64,000 nt of DNA from Moniliella sp. 'wahieum' (Eukaryota): the NCBI GenBank assembly GCA_003971905.1, contig RSEE01000020.1:620001-684000 (forward strand), read 5' to 3'. The notes under the pieces were generated by a model. It saw only the letters and a program-made list of their open reading frames with translations, was not told where the DNA came from and did no database searches. The position numbers and the translations under genes were made by a program. This document shows, piece by piece, positions 29,101-42,005 of the stretch. Numbering within the stretch: the first letter of the stretch is position 1; every line of letters starts with the position of its first letter.

Positions 29101-30053
29101 GCGCAGCAGTGCTATACGAAGCAGGCGTGTTTTGTGGTGACTGCGGGTCATCGATCATCATCTCCCACATCTGATCACCTCGCAACACTCACCTTACCCA
29201 CCGCGATGGTTTGGCAGGCCTTCTTATGTTCGGCAGTGCGTGTCCGCTAGTATACATACAGGAGACCGCATCTCCTGGGCAAAAAAGTATATATACAAGC
29301 GAAGTGGCACTGAGGGCCCCAGAGGTGTGATACGGGGACCCTACCGTCTCGCTTATTTCGTGCATCGCGTACTCGGTTTTGTTAACGCGGCTGGCCCCTA
29401 TTATACTAGTTTCTGCCATTTTACCCGCTGCGCAAAAAGGTACAGGTACTATTAGGAGACAAGCGTGCGTCCGCAGCCGGCTCGGCTGATGGAGAGAGCT
29501 ATTATAGTATAGGACCCCTTCCCAATCGATAAGGGGTTGAGCCGTACTTCACATGCTTCACAGTGGAGGCGCAGCGCCACACTTTTGTGATCCGTCATGC
29601 ACGTCATGCGTCAAGCGTCCCCCGCAATCGTCCTAAGTATGCGTACGTCGGGGGAAGGCCGTACATCCTGCTCTGCAATGAGATGTAGGATCCTCCCCAC
29701 CTGAGTTTCGTTAGCCAGCGCACGGGCAGAGGCGCAGCAGCGATGGTGAAGCACAGGGTTCATGAATACTCTCTGTTGGCGTCTCCAGTGCTGCGCTGCA
29801 TTATAGTATTCCCGGCACCTCCCCCACAAAAACGCAGTTTGTGGGTTGACTACGCCGTTGACTCCCGCAGCATGTTTCCAGCTTCAGCCTTTTAAAGCCC
29901 TTGTGCCCCACCCTCTCCTTCCATCCACCTATACCACCAAATCTCTTTCTTCAGCGCCAGGCCAGCACCGCCCCCCGTTCCCTCTTTCCATATCCCCTCC
30001 CTTTGTAATCCCCACATCCTTACTTGACCTGTTACACAGCAAGGCACAGCCCC

Positions 30054-31740
30054 ATGGTCAATCGCCGCTCCTTTATCCTGGCTCTCAGCTCTCTGGCCAC
30101 AGTGGCCTCTGATGCATTTGCTTCCCGTCCTTTGGCCTTGTCCAACCGCGCTGTCCTGCAACGCTCTTCCGCTGCCACGGCAAATGCCACGCCCCATCTT
30201 ACCTACCACACCTGGAAGCAGTACGATACGGCCCAGTACCCGTGGCACACCAACTTGACCCTCCTCTGGGCGACTCAGTGGGAGACCTTTGTACGTCTTC
30301 GTCTATCCCCCCTCATATTTGCCTTCTATTCCAGAATGACAGATAGTAGTGACTATGTGTTGCTAACATTCAGAACGCCTTTTCTGTTGTTGCTCTCGTT
30401 TCTTTGGGGGTGTGCATGGCTCCTCACTGCACTTCGGTGTGCACAGTCGCAACATGGCATTTACCCGTTCGACTCGTGGTCCAATGGGACCGACTTTAGC
30501 ACGATCTTCTCCACCCTTCTCGCCAAGCACGGATCGGTATCGGCCAATGGCTTTGATCAGGACACGTGGGCCCAGCCGTTCCTGGATCAGGGCAAGAAGG
30601 TCCTCTCCCTTGCAAAGAGCTATGTCAAAGTGGCAACCTTACTGCCGCTTACGCAGCTTACTTGTACGTTCCTCTGTTCTATTCTATACTTTTGGTTATC
30701 GTCTGTACAGAGGTTCACCCATACCGATATGCTGACATTTTGTCGGGCTGGTATGTAGCCGTGCGGCCACCGTCTTCCGCATGGGTACTTCCCTTGGGTC
30801 GGGCCCAACTCGGAGTCCAGCAAAAAGAAAGAGATCCTTTCAGTTGGAGAAGGAAGCGTACGAGTTGGGCATCAAGTACTACACTCCAGCAATTGCGTTT
30901 GAAAAGAACATTCCCTTCCCCACCGCACCAGAGGGAGCGTTCAACAAGAACCATCCAAGGATATTTGCACGCGAACCGGCCCTGGTCCACCTCAACCAAG
31001 GTCCGGCGTACCGCCCCGGTGGCTCCGTCCAAGCAAAAGTTCGTCCTCCTCGTTGGTGGCTTGGACCACTACCGCCCTGGCCAATGGGACAATGTGCAAG
31101 ACTTGCTTGGCGCCAACTTTACCACGCTGGTGGTGGATATGCCTGGAACCGGGGACGCGGCCATCTCAGGCCGCAACACAAGTTGGGATGCAGCGATGTG
31201 GAAGACGGTGCTGGACTGGGTGGAGGCCAATGCGGAGACGTATGCAATCGACACCAACTTTCTCTACGCTTGGGGTACTTCGACCGGTTCGTATTATGCA
31301 ATCAAACTTTCTCGTTCCGAACATGCTCGGCTGCAGGGTGTTCTGAGCCAAGGCCAGGCTGCTCACTTCGCCTTTGAGCCCGACTGGCTTGCCAGTGCCG
31401 ACTACCTTGCGTACCCGACAGACCTGTGGGGCCCATTGGCCAGCGCATTTGGGTACAGTTACCAGACCAAGGAGGATTTTGCCAAGGTGTCGCTCAATTA
31501 CTCTTGCTTAACCTCGGGGTCCTGGACAGTGCACCTTGCCTCACCACGGTTATTAATGGTTTGGACGATGGCGTGTTCCCCATTGACGATGCCCTACTCG
31601 TCACCACTCATGCCACGGGCTCCTTTGCTCGCCTCTTCCCAGGCCAGGGACACATGGGCGAGCCAGCTTCCACGCCTTGGGTTACCGAATTTTGGAAGGA
31701 TGTCCAGACCAATGGCTTCATTTTCCCAGTGCACGTTTGA
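30054..31740 (+). CDS. Ayg1/YG1-like alpha/beta hydrolase with N-terminal signal peptide
   Basis: LWATQWETF/SQHGIYPF, GGLDHYRP, VDMPGTGD, AWGTSTGSYYAIK, EPDWL..ADYLAYP, NGLDDGVFPIDD and GHMG line up with the Ayg1 family. Intron from GTACGT (30291) to CAG (~30447). Confidence 0.82.
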
Positions 31741-32680
31741 TTGATTCTTTCTCTTGAGGCCATATGGAAGGCGATGCGGGATGGCTCGTTGGGGTAGCAT
31801 CAGTTGCGTGCCCCTCTTTTTTCTCTCGAACGAGCAGTTGCCCCACATTCTTCTCATGTAAGGCGAGCTTTCCAACATCTCTCTCATATTATACAAGAAA
31901 CAACTCTCTCCTCCTCTCGACAACTCTTTTATGGTGTCCACACGCATATCATATGTCGGTCTTCTTTTTCTTACCCCCCCTCTTACTGTATGACTTTCGC
32001 TTTCTACCTCCCGCTACTTTCGGCGCGTATATATATGCACCGTGCTCATATATAACCGGGACACAAGTGATGCGGGGGAGAGACTTAGTGGGCTGCCTCT
32101 GGTGGAGACCGGCGTGCTGCTTGAAGCGATCTTGCTTAGTTGATGTTTGCGTGAAGAACCGGGAAAGCGCACATCTATTCACACGCTCCCCATATCCATA
32201 TGGTGTGGGGGCGTCTCTTGCAGCGAGAGAGCTGCGCCGGGAGGGGGTTACTATGAGGTGCCGGCGCCAGCTTATATTGCTGATTGCTGATTCGGAGCCG
32301 ACCGGGTGCGGCACTGGTGCGGCACAACTAAGACCGGCGATTGTCCGGCCCGATCTGCGGCTATCGCAGCCGGTTGGGGCCTGCTGGGGCGCCAGTTGGG
32401 TGTTGGGTTGGGAGGATGGGTGATACATGATTTGATTGTGCGACCACAATTCCTCGGCCAACGCTATTCGTCACGACGGGGCTGCTAGGCCGATCGACTG
32501 ATCTTGCCCCTTTTGCGTCTTCCGTGCTGCCTCGGCCTCGGCGGTAGAACGGGTAACAACCACCTGGTGCGCTTTCTCTCCACCGCTCTGCCACCGCTCT
32601 GCCCCTTCGGGTCCCTTCCGCCCCCTCCCCAGCCCCCAGCCCTGTGCACGGACTGAACGTTGAGCTCCCCTTAACTATGC

Positions 32681-34546
32681 ATGGGCCTGGCCACCACGAG
32701 CGTCCATACAAGGACCAGCGTGCGTTTGGCGCCGCCGCCGCTGCTGGGCTCGTTGCCCTGTCTCACACCCCCCACGCACCTTCGTCAACCCCCCCACTGC
32801 ACGCGGAGGGCAAGTGTGGCCATCCTCCTCCGTTTTCCGCCCCCACCCCGACGATCTGCCTCATCTAACCGGCGCAACCCAGTCCTACTCGTCCCTTTAT
32901 CCGCATGGTGTGCCTCTCGTCTCGGCCGAAACGGCGAGGCTGCAGAGTGTGCTTTCGGGTGGTCTGCCGCCCGTCGCCGAGGAGCCCGCCATGGACACTG
33001 GCAGCTCGGACGACGACGATGGCAGCGACACCAACTCCAACAAGGAACAAGGTCCTCGCTCTACCTCCCCCACCTCGGCCACCCAACCGATCGGCCTGCC
33101 GGCCTTCTTGGCTCAGGACTGGATCCAACGTTCGGAACCTGAAGTCTTCTACATCCAACGCGCCACCGTCCTGGCGATCGATGGTCCTCCCACGTCGCCT
33201 TCCCCGGGGCAAACGGGAAGAAGCAGACCCGTCGGACCTGTTTGCTGCGATGCGCGAGACATGGGAAGAAGTTGGTGTCGACTTGTCAGAGGAGGATTTC
33301 ACTCTAGCCGGCCGTTGGATGATCGGGAGATTTCCGGAGCGTTTGGGAGTCGGTTGTTGATGATTCTGTCTTCGTTTAGTACGTTCCTTCTCTCCCCGTT
33401 TCGTTTTCCACTACGTTGTTGAGGTGCACATTGACTAAATCAAGGTGCACATAGTTTTTGTCCAAACCACCCCTTTTGCTCCTGAGCCCCAGCTCCAGCC
33501 CGAAGAAGTCGCTTCGGCCCATTGGATCCCACTTCGTCTGCTGGCCGACCAAGCAGCCATCCTTACCAAGGCGAGCGTGAATGGGGGTGCTGCGCCGGTC
33601 CCCGTGCCTGCCACTATTGTCCCGCCCGCCTCGCGCGTTTCTTTTCCTTCGGCTTCGGCCCCGCTCCCACCGACCAAGCAAGAGGCATGGGAGGAACACC
33701 CGTACCGCCTCAGCATCGACATTGCTGACCGACTAGTTCAGTGGCCGGCGGTGCAACCGATTGCACGGTGGTTGTTCGGTCGCGATCGATGCACTTTTAC
33801 TATACCCCCTGCCCAATCGGCCGATTGTAACCAGCGAGCCAGGCTCCGGGGCGACGCTTCTTCTCATACCAACTCGAACGATCCGCAATCCCGCTCGCGT
33901 CTCTCTCGTGGCCATCACCCCCATGCCATGCCACCGTTGCAGCTGTGGGGCATCACGCTCGGTATGACTCTCGATTTGCTCGACCGGCTGTTCCCCGCTC
34001 GTTCGGGCGCGACCACTTGTCCGTACCCGCGCCTGTCCATCCGCTTGACCGGCAGGTCGAACGCGAGGAAGAGGCTGCGACCCGGGAGCTGGCCGAACCC
34101 AAGGTCGGGCAGGAAGAGAGCCATACTGGATTGAGACGCTTACCACCTCTGCTACCGCTATGTCCCACTGAATTCAACGGGTGGAGGAGTTTGGGTCCCT
34201 TGGGTTGGATCTCCTCTTTGGTTCACCATGTGCGTCTCCGGCTCCTGGCCCGCCTCGCCGTGCCTACCCGGCATTCAACACGACCGCGATGCATACCATT
34301 GTGCCTTCCTTTCCTGCGCTCGACATTAACCTGTACATCTACCTTGCCAGTGGCCGCTACCGTCGCATCCTGCTCGCGCAACAACGCAGCGCCCCTACCG
34401 ACCCGCGCAACTGGGTCGCCATCTCGGTGCATGCGTATTACCTGGCGCTGCGCCGGGCGCTGGTGATGGCACTGATGATGCGCTCGGCGGCTATGGTGAT
34501 GCTGCTGGTATGGGCAGGGAGGAGGGTACGCAGGCTGCTGCGCTAA
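32681..34546 (+). CDS. Nudix hydrolase (CoA-diphosphatase-like fungal family)
   Basis: RRASVAILLR, VFYIQRA, WSSHVAFPGGKREEAD..DL.AAMRETWEEVG (Nudix box), LQPEEVASAHWIPL, LWGITLGMTLDL and C-terminal hydrophobic helix. Confidence 0.82.
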
Positions 34547-34869
34547 ATCAATCAATCCATCATGATCGCAACGGGAACAAAGGGGCCAGAGAAAAGGGGC
34601 AGATAGGCGAGTGCAGGGCACGCACGTGCGCGCTAGGAACGGGGAGGTGAGAAAGGCAGTCCACAGGCCCGTGAGAGGGGTAAACGCTGAGGGTGGCAAC
34701 ATGGGGGCCGGCGACAGAACAAAACACGCAGTCCAAATCATCCAGAGGTCCGGCTTTCGTTCGGAACCGGGGAGGGATGGGGAGGAGGGGGGGGGAATGA
34801 AACCAAGCGTTGACTGGAAGAGCGAAGAGGACAAGGAAAAAGCAGAGGGCCAAGGGAGATGGACCGATT

Positions 34870-37800
34870 TCATGTCGCCGTCGGGCTGCTGACCAACGAA
34901 TGCGATAAGGACAAGCCCATGCCTCTGCGCTCGGCAACCGAAGGCGAGGGCGCCAGGTCCGCTTGGGGCGCGCTCGTGGGGACAGGTAAGCGCTGCGGAT
35001 GCGGTTCCTCGCGTTCCTTGGGGGAAGGCTGGTGACGTTGTTTGGCCAAAGCGGTACCGCGGACAGACATGCGGGCGATGGCTTTGGTCAATTCCTCGGT
35101 GGTGGTACTTCGGGCAAGGGAAGCGGGATCTTCTTGCTCCACCTCGGGTTGAGCCTGCTCGGTCTAGGTCGGTTTGCTCGGTAGGCACCGAGGCAGGGGA
35201 CACCTCGGTGGCCAGCTGGGAACGCGCCGGTCGTAGCGGGTTGGACAGGGATAACCTCCGTTCTCGCTCGCCCGTCAGCGGCGGAGCCGGCACGGGCGGG
35301 AACCGTACCCCCTCCTCTCGACCATCGGACTAACCGCAGGCGAGTTGGTCGACACGCACGCTGCCCAAACGCATACTTGATCTGCCGTGCCTCTCCGTCT
35401 TCTTCGTCCTCCGACACAGCGCACTCGTCCCGTCGCCAGTTGGGCTGGGCCAGAGGAACCCCCTGGATGCTCTGTCTCAGCCTCCGCATCGATGGAGAGG
35501 GGACAACGGGGAAGGGGTACCCCTCCGACGAATGAGAGGGGGCGGTGGTGCGGGCGCATCGGGCTGCGCTGACAGTGGGGCCGCCTGGGCCGGGCCGGGA
35601 GTAGGGTGGGTGGGCACCACAGCAGGTGGCGGTGCCATTGGCACCATCTGCATTCCCCAGTGCGGCGTGGGCGGGGCAGGCCAATGCGGCGTAGCCGGGT
35701 CCATGGGCGTAGGAATGCCCATGTAGAACGGCATGTGGGCCGAGGGGGTGCCGGGGTGCATAGGAAAGTGCACGGGCCCCAGGGGCTTGATGATGTACGG
35801 GTTAAACGTCTGCGCGCCCGGTGTCAATGGAAGACCTGGCACAAGACGGGTGACCGAAGGGCTAAGGTTTGCCAGGGGAAAGGAGGTGAGGGGGCAAATG
35901 AGCATGAGGCGTTCCAGGGATCGAGTCCATGGGCCACCCCACCCCGGGCGTGACCACACCCGGCGTCACAGGCACATTCACCCGCCCCAGCGGTTGGGCG
36001 TACCCCTGCACATACCGGAATGGTGCAGAGGGAAGATCGATCCGTCCTGGCCGTCCATTGGGGCGAGGTTGACCTCCATTCGGCGGCGCAGCACGCGATG
36101 CGGCGGCTGTAGCGGCCGTCGGCGGCGCAGGCAAGGATGCTTCTCCCACGCCACGGGGTTGTTGAGACGGGGCTTCAGCTTGGGAGGGCCTCGACACGCC
36201 TGACGTTGCCGATGTATGTGAGAAGGATGACAAGCCTGACGCGGCCGACACGGTCGATAAGGAGCGATGATTGCGTGTGGGCGGGTCCGAGGGATGCATC
36301 ACGCTGCGGCTGACACGATGGCTGGGGAAGCATGCGAGGAGCCTGTTGAGGAGGTGCCATGGGCACTCCCAGGCCGCATGTGTGGCGAAGCGGAGTCGGT
36401 GGATTGGTCCGAGGGCCAGGCGCGGAGCGGAGGCGCCGCTAACTGATGTCCATATTCGGAACGGCCCATATAAGATTGGTGTCCTCTAGCCCCTTGCGCT
36501 TGAGATGGGGGGGCTGTGGAGGGGACAGAGAGCTGCTGTTGATGCTGCTGTTGCTGCTGGAGCAGAGCGCTTCGCTGCATCGCTTGCTGGACGTACGGCG
36601 AGGGCTGCTGTGGGCGCATCAACACATACGGAGACGCAGTCAACGGTGCCCCTCCCGCCAGTGCCGTCCCACCAGTCATCCCAGAGGTCCCCGCACCGGC
36701 AATGGCAGACCAGGAATCCCCCCCGCCAAACTAAAGTTGGTCCCGACCAGACCCGGGAGGTCCAAGGCAGAAGCTGCTGCTGCCGCGGTGGGGGCCGCAA
36801 CAGCACCTTGCGACATGCTTGCGCTGAATGCGCCCGTGTACTGGGCGGGGGCGACGGGGATCGATCCTGGCTGGGGCGGCATTAACCGCAAAGCGATCGA
36901 AATGAACCTTCAGCGTACGCCCACTAAATTCGTAGCTAAAGAGAAGGGTTAGCATGACATCAGCAAAGGAGATGAGTGAGGATGAGGGGGGGGGGGAGGA
37001 CATACCCATGGTACAAGCGAACAGCATGCTGAGCATCCTCGGGGGTAGCAAAGAGGACCGTACCAAAACCTTTGGACCGGCCTTGGACCGACGGCCACAT
37101 CGGCACGCTGGACACGGCCCGCGGCACGAAACAAGTCCTTGAGGTCTTGCCATTGAGTGTTGAAAGGGATGTTGCCGACAAAGAGGGTACGGCCATAGTA
37201 CGGCGTAGGCGCCGCGGCCGCCTGAGCAGCCGCCTGGGCTGCAAAAAGGCGCAGCATTGGACACGGCCATACTATTCATAGAAGCAAGATTCACGTTCAC
37301 ATCTCCTGACGGGAAGCCGAGCGACCGGTCCCACCGCTCTGTTCCCAAGGGGAAGCGCAAAATTGTGTCGGGAGCAGCAGGGGCCGGCAGCGGGCCCGGG
37401 TTGAGCAATTGGCCAGACCGGTCGATTTGTACGTCGAGAACACGGCCTTGCCAGCTGAAGCCATGGAACATCTCGACAGCATGCAGTGCATCGGTCTCGT
37501 CGCCAAAAGGACCGAGCCATAGCCCTTGGAACGATTGTCGGGTGTCAGGGCAACGTCGGCGCGGAGCACGGTGCCCGAGCGGCGGAAGAGATCCTTGAGG
37601 TCTTGCCAGCGAACACGGTACGGCAGGTTACGCACGTACAGCTGGGTACGTGGGTCGAAGCGGCTCAGCGGGCCAGCCTGGGCGGGGGAGCCCTGGGTGG
37701 CAGGGGGCCAACGGGAGGGATGGGGCAGGGCCTGCGGCTGCGGCTGCGGCTGTTGCTGGGAGACGGCGGACAAGTAGCGATGCGCAGGGCTTCCGGCGCT

Positions 37801-38376
37801 CAGACTGGGGCTGGCACTCAGGTTCAAGCTCAGGCCGGGGCTGGGGCTGGGATGGTAGGGGGCGGGAGCGGGCGGACGGAGCGCATGGCCCCAAGGCGGA
37901 CGAGGGCTCGGAGGCACCAGAACCGGCGGATCCGCTCGAGGCGGAGATGGCGCGGTCCATGAGCAGCGCTTTGGCGGCGCGGCCGCGGCTGCTGCGTCGT
38001 CCAGGCCGGCGCGGGTGCTGGGCACGGGGGAGCGTGCGTGGGCAGGAGCGTCGGGCAGCATGGAGGAAGAGAGACGAAGGGACACGGGGCAGCCGAGTGG
38101 AGGCGGGGGGCTACCAGGCCAGACCAGAGGAGAAGGGGCAGAGACAATCAGCAAATCGCATACATCCCTCGTCCGAGGGGATGGTCGGGGCGGCGGCGGT
38201 GGAGGCGGGAGGACGGGTCTCAAGGCGCCCGAGGGCTTCCCAGCATGGCGGTTGGGCGGCGCGTGTGTTCCGCACCTCCGGCTGACGTCATTCCGCCGGG
38301 CGGGGGTGGCTGGCGCCATGCGAGGCGAGGCCACGTCGCCGTTCCCCGACCCGACGGATGACTGTGGCGGAGGCAT
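34870..38376 (-). CDS. Multi-RRM RNA-binding protein (hnRNP-M/Gbp2-like RRMs) with long low-complexity regions
   Basis: [32 protein letters not shown] and [32 protein letters not shown]...[11 protein letters not shown]...[11 protein letters not shown]; ends approximate. Confidence 0.8.
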
Positions 38377-39149
38377 GGCTGATCGCTACTCGCTGTGTGG
38401 CCCGCCCGGGCGGCTGCTCGGAACACCCACACAAGGCTTCTCTGCCCAGTCCATCATCCATCGCACGCTGCGGGCAGCCCCGGGCGCCAAGGCAGCTACT
38501 AGCCGCCAGCAGTCACCTAGTCCCCCCACACACTCATCCTCACGTGAGTAGTCAGCTACAGCGCGCTAGCCCAGGCTAGCCCCCTAGTCAGCCTAGTCAG
38601 CGCTGGGCTCAGCGCACTCTCAGTGATGAGATTCATCATGCATCATCCATCCATTATCCGCCTGACTGGGGCTGGGCGCTGAGGGGCTGAGCGCTCGCTC
38701 AGTTGAGCCTCAGCCGCTGAGGGCCTCGGCGGCTCAGCTAGCGAGGAGCTTCCTCCGCCCCTCCTCCTGCCTAGCCAGTCGCTCCGTCCATGCAACCTCG
38801 CTGTCAACGTGTCAACGCTGAGGTCAACGTTGAGTAGTGTTAGTGTGTTGTCAACTGCTTCTCTTACCCCACGCGTCTGCAGTCCAAGCGCCAAGATCAG
38901 TAACCTAGTAACTCCACTCTAGTGACTTTTAGGAGTGATCGGATGATCGATGACGGTTATCCCACACGACACGTGTCATCACATGCACATCACATCCGCC
39001 CGCTTGACAGCTCTGCGCCATCGGAAAATGGTTCGGCGCCATGGGAATTCGCTAAGTGTGCATTACATAAGCAGACACGCACTTGATTCCGTCGGCCACT
39101 GGCTGCGATTTTCGTCGCCACCGGCTCTGGACCCCTCCATCAGCCCAGG

Positions 39150-40091
39150 ATGTACAACGGCATTGGCCTCCGCACCGCCCGGGGCTCTGCTACCAATGGC
39201 CACATCCAATCCAACCTAGCCGCCCCACGTCCCCCGCGCATTCACCACTCCGGTGCGCGCGAACGTGAGCGCGCGCTGCCCGAGCGCGCACCAGATCCCG
39301 CACTGCTGGCCCACGAAGAGCGGCGACAAATCGAAGTGCGGTGCATGGAGTTACGCATGCAACTTGAGGAGGAAGACGTGCCCGACGATCAGATCGAACA
39401 GCGCGTTGCTTCGCTGCGCGAAGAGCTTCAATCGGCCCCAAGGGAGTACGATCCGAGCGAAGCCAAGGGCCTGCGATCCTCGGACGTGCACCGTCTCGCC
39501 GCTGCCAAGGACAAGGAGATGCACCGCTTTGCGTCCGCCTTGCGTATGCGCGATGACTACCGTCCTGGCGAGGCCTTTGAGGACGACTACCGGGACCGAC
39601 AGCGCGCTCGTCGCCAGGAGGAAAAGGAGACGCGTCATCGCGAATGGGAGGAACGTCAACGGGCCCGTCAAGCGGCCCAGAAGCTTCGGGACGAAGAGTA
39701 CGAAGCACGCATGGCTCAGCGCGCCGAGCAGGCGAACCGTCGCTCGGAACAGAGACTGGCACGAGAACGCCCAGAGGAGGCCATGTCCCACCTTGATGCC
39801 GAGCTGGACAAGATGGCGGCCGAACGGGCGCGTGCGTCCCTCCCTCAGTCTCGATCGCCATCTCGTTCGCGCTCCGTCTCGCGCTCTGCCTCGCGCTCTG
39901 CTTCACCCAGAGGACGGCGTGACTCCCATTCGGCTTCGCCTCCAAGGAGGTCTGGTTACCGCTCCCACTCTCGGTCAGAGTCGTACGACTCCCGGTCGCC
40001 ATCGCCGCGGCGCTCCTACTCTCCCCGTCGGTCCCCCTCTTATTCCCGCTCGCCGTCTCCTCGGCGGGACGGACGGTCGCGCCGGTATTGA
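39150..40091 (+). CDS. CWC21: Pre-mRNA splicing factor Cwc21 with RS tail, intact single ORF
   Basis: MYNGIGLRTARGSATNGHIQSN, HEERRQIEVRCMELR.QLEEE (cwf21 domain) and SR dipeptide tail. Confidence 0.96.
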   Translation: MYNGIGLRTARGSATNGHIQSNLAAPRPPRIHHSGARERERALPERAPDPALLAHEERRQIEVRCMELRMQLEEEDVPDDQIEQRVASLREELQSAPREYDPSEAKGLRSSDVHRLAAAKDKEMHRFASALRMRDDYRPGEAFEDDYRDRQRARRQEEKETRHREWEERQRARQAAQKLRDEEYEARMAQRAEQANRRSEQRLARERPEEAMSHLDAELDKMAAERARASLPQSRSPSRSRSVSRSASRSASPRGRRDSHSASPPRRSGYRSHSRSESYDSRSPSPRRSYSPRRSPSYSRSPSPRRDGRSRRY

Positions 40092-40627
40092 TTCTGGCTA
40101 CGCATGTTATACGTGTTTTTTCATCCCCTTGTGGATAGTGCCAAAGCAAGATCAATAGAAGGAGGAAAGAACGTGGAGGGGAACAGGGAGAAGGTCAGAT
40201 GTATTATTGCTTGTGGAACCACAGTTGGTGTCTTCGTTCGGTTCGAGGTGGGGAGGGCGAAGGCTTGAATTGCTGTTTAAGGGGGAAGAGTAGGTTAAAA
40301 TGCAAGGGATGCGTACAAAGAACAAAACGAAGCAAGGCGGATTGGGCTGTATAACTGGGACGATTGGATTGGAGCCGGCCTACGTTTTAATGTGAACACG
40401 GACGGGGGATAGGTATGAGATCTGAGATAACGTTACCCAGTAACCGGTAACCGGATAACCGCACTATTACATTGAGGTTTGCGTGTAGCTTTGATCTTGT
40501 CAATTGCATCGACATCGATATCGCACAGTCATCATATCTGCGGTTCACTATATAGAGTAGTTTCCCGTAGGTTTTTTGGATCCCGCTCGACTCGCGCTGG
40601 CGCTGGCTCAGGTTGGGTGTGGACAAC

Positions 40628-40661
40628 ATGCATGACATGCATGACATGCATGACATGCACA
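40628..40661 (+). repeat. (CATGCATGA)n tandem repeat
   Basis: catgcatgacatgcatgacatgcatgacatgcac read directly. Confidence 0.85.
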
Positions 40662-42005
40662 TGATGAACTACGTGAGGGCGTATAGAAGGTGGTACTGTT
40701 GTGGGGGAAGCGTTTTCCATGTCATAGATTACCAATGCCGTTAATGCCGGGATGGGTGTCGGTGATCAATGATCGAATGATTGAAGCGATGCATGACACT
40801 AGTTACTACTTGACGTACGTACGGGTGGCGGTCCAGCGCACAGTGACGGTTCAACGTTCAACGTTCACGTTCAGACTCAAGTTCTGCGCTGAGCCGCTCT
40901 GCGCTCAGCATGCCTCTCCGCTTGGTAGAACTAGTAACTCGATTGTTTTCCTGTCTTGCACGCTGGACACCAAACAAACAAACTTCATATGTACCGCCCG
41001 GTGGCCACCGTTCCAGTTTCCAAGCTTGCATGGGGCGGGCTGCTAACGGAACACAAGGGCATAGAATTCATAGAAGTGCCCAGACCACTATTCTTCTTCG
41101 GCCGCCTTTCAGGTGTGATGCACATAATATGGCGAGCACTGAGCCTCTGCTGAGGGCTATACTCAGCGCCGAACGCATCGTTTGCATCGTTTATCGATCA
41201 TCGATCAGCTCGTTCAGGCGTTTTCATAGCACGAGGGCCTGAGGTCTGATATCCCCTCAGCGCTGAGGCTCAGCGTTCAGCCTGTAAAACACCTGAGAGA
41301 GGACGCCCGAAGAGGGTGTGGATCTGTGAGAACGTAGTGCCACAGCCGTCGGATACCACCGCCATATGACATGGACTACAGGATTGTCCGGGGAATGTAT
41401 GGGGGGAGGCTGAAGCAGTGCTTAGGCTTAGGCTGCTTGGCGCTTAACATGGTGGGTCTTTTGGTAGGAAATCTATACGACCTGGGGAGATTCGGAACGA
41501 GGTCAGAGATCTGAGATCTGAGAGTCTATTGTTGTGGACGCCACATAATTAAATGGCCCCTGGAGAGTTAAGCTTTAAGGTTCAAAACGTTCAACGAACA
41601 ACGATTGCTCCTTCAGATCTCAGATCTCAGAGCTTGAACGTCACGCATTGCACCCCTTACTCCCCCCGAGTATATACGCCTCTGCGTCTCTCTTGGACGC
41701 TTGGCGCTTTTGCTTTGATCCGGCCTTTCATTGGAATAGCGCGTGTAGCTACCAGTCGGTCGTTGGGACGTACCTGTGTGTACATACACCCCGCCCATCA
41801 TCAAACTAGATTAATCAGAGCACGGCGGATCCCCATCAGCGCATCAGCTGTCTGGATATGAGCCGTACTAAGAACTCAGTCACCCGTTAAGGCCTAAGGC
41901 CTAACGGCCTAACCCAACAGGCATACCCTACAGACCTCCGCCTCCTGATCAACACTCTCGCTTCGTCTCTCCCTCTCACTCATCTACCATCCACCACCGC
42001 CCTCC

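Noticed and set aside
30054..30125. Twin-arginine (Tat) signal NRRSFI in the Ayg1-like protein
   Set aside because: The gene has spliceosomal introns and fungal secretion has no Tat route; an ordinary ER signal peptide explains it.
39190..40158. Long antisense or alternate-frame ORFs over CWC21 (and similar ones over KEL3, APC5, RRM and DnaJ genes)
   Set aside because: Shadow ORFs expected in high-GC coding DNA; no recognisable motifs.
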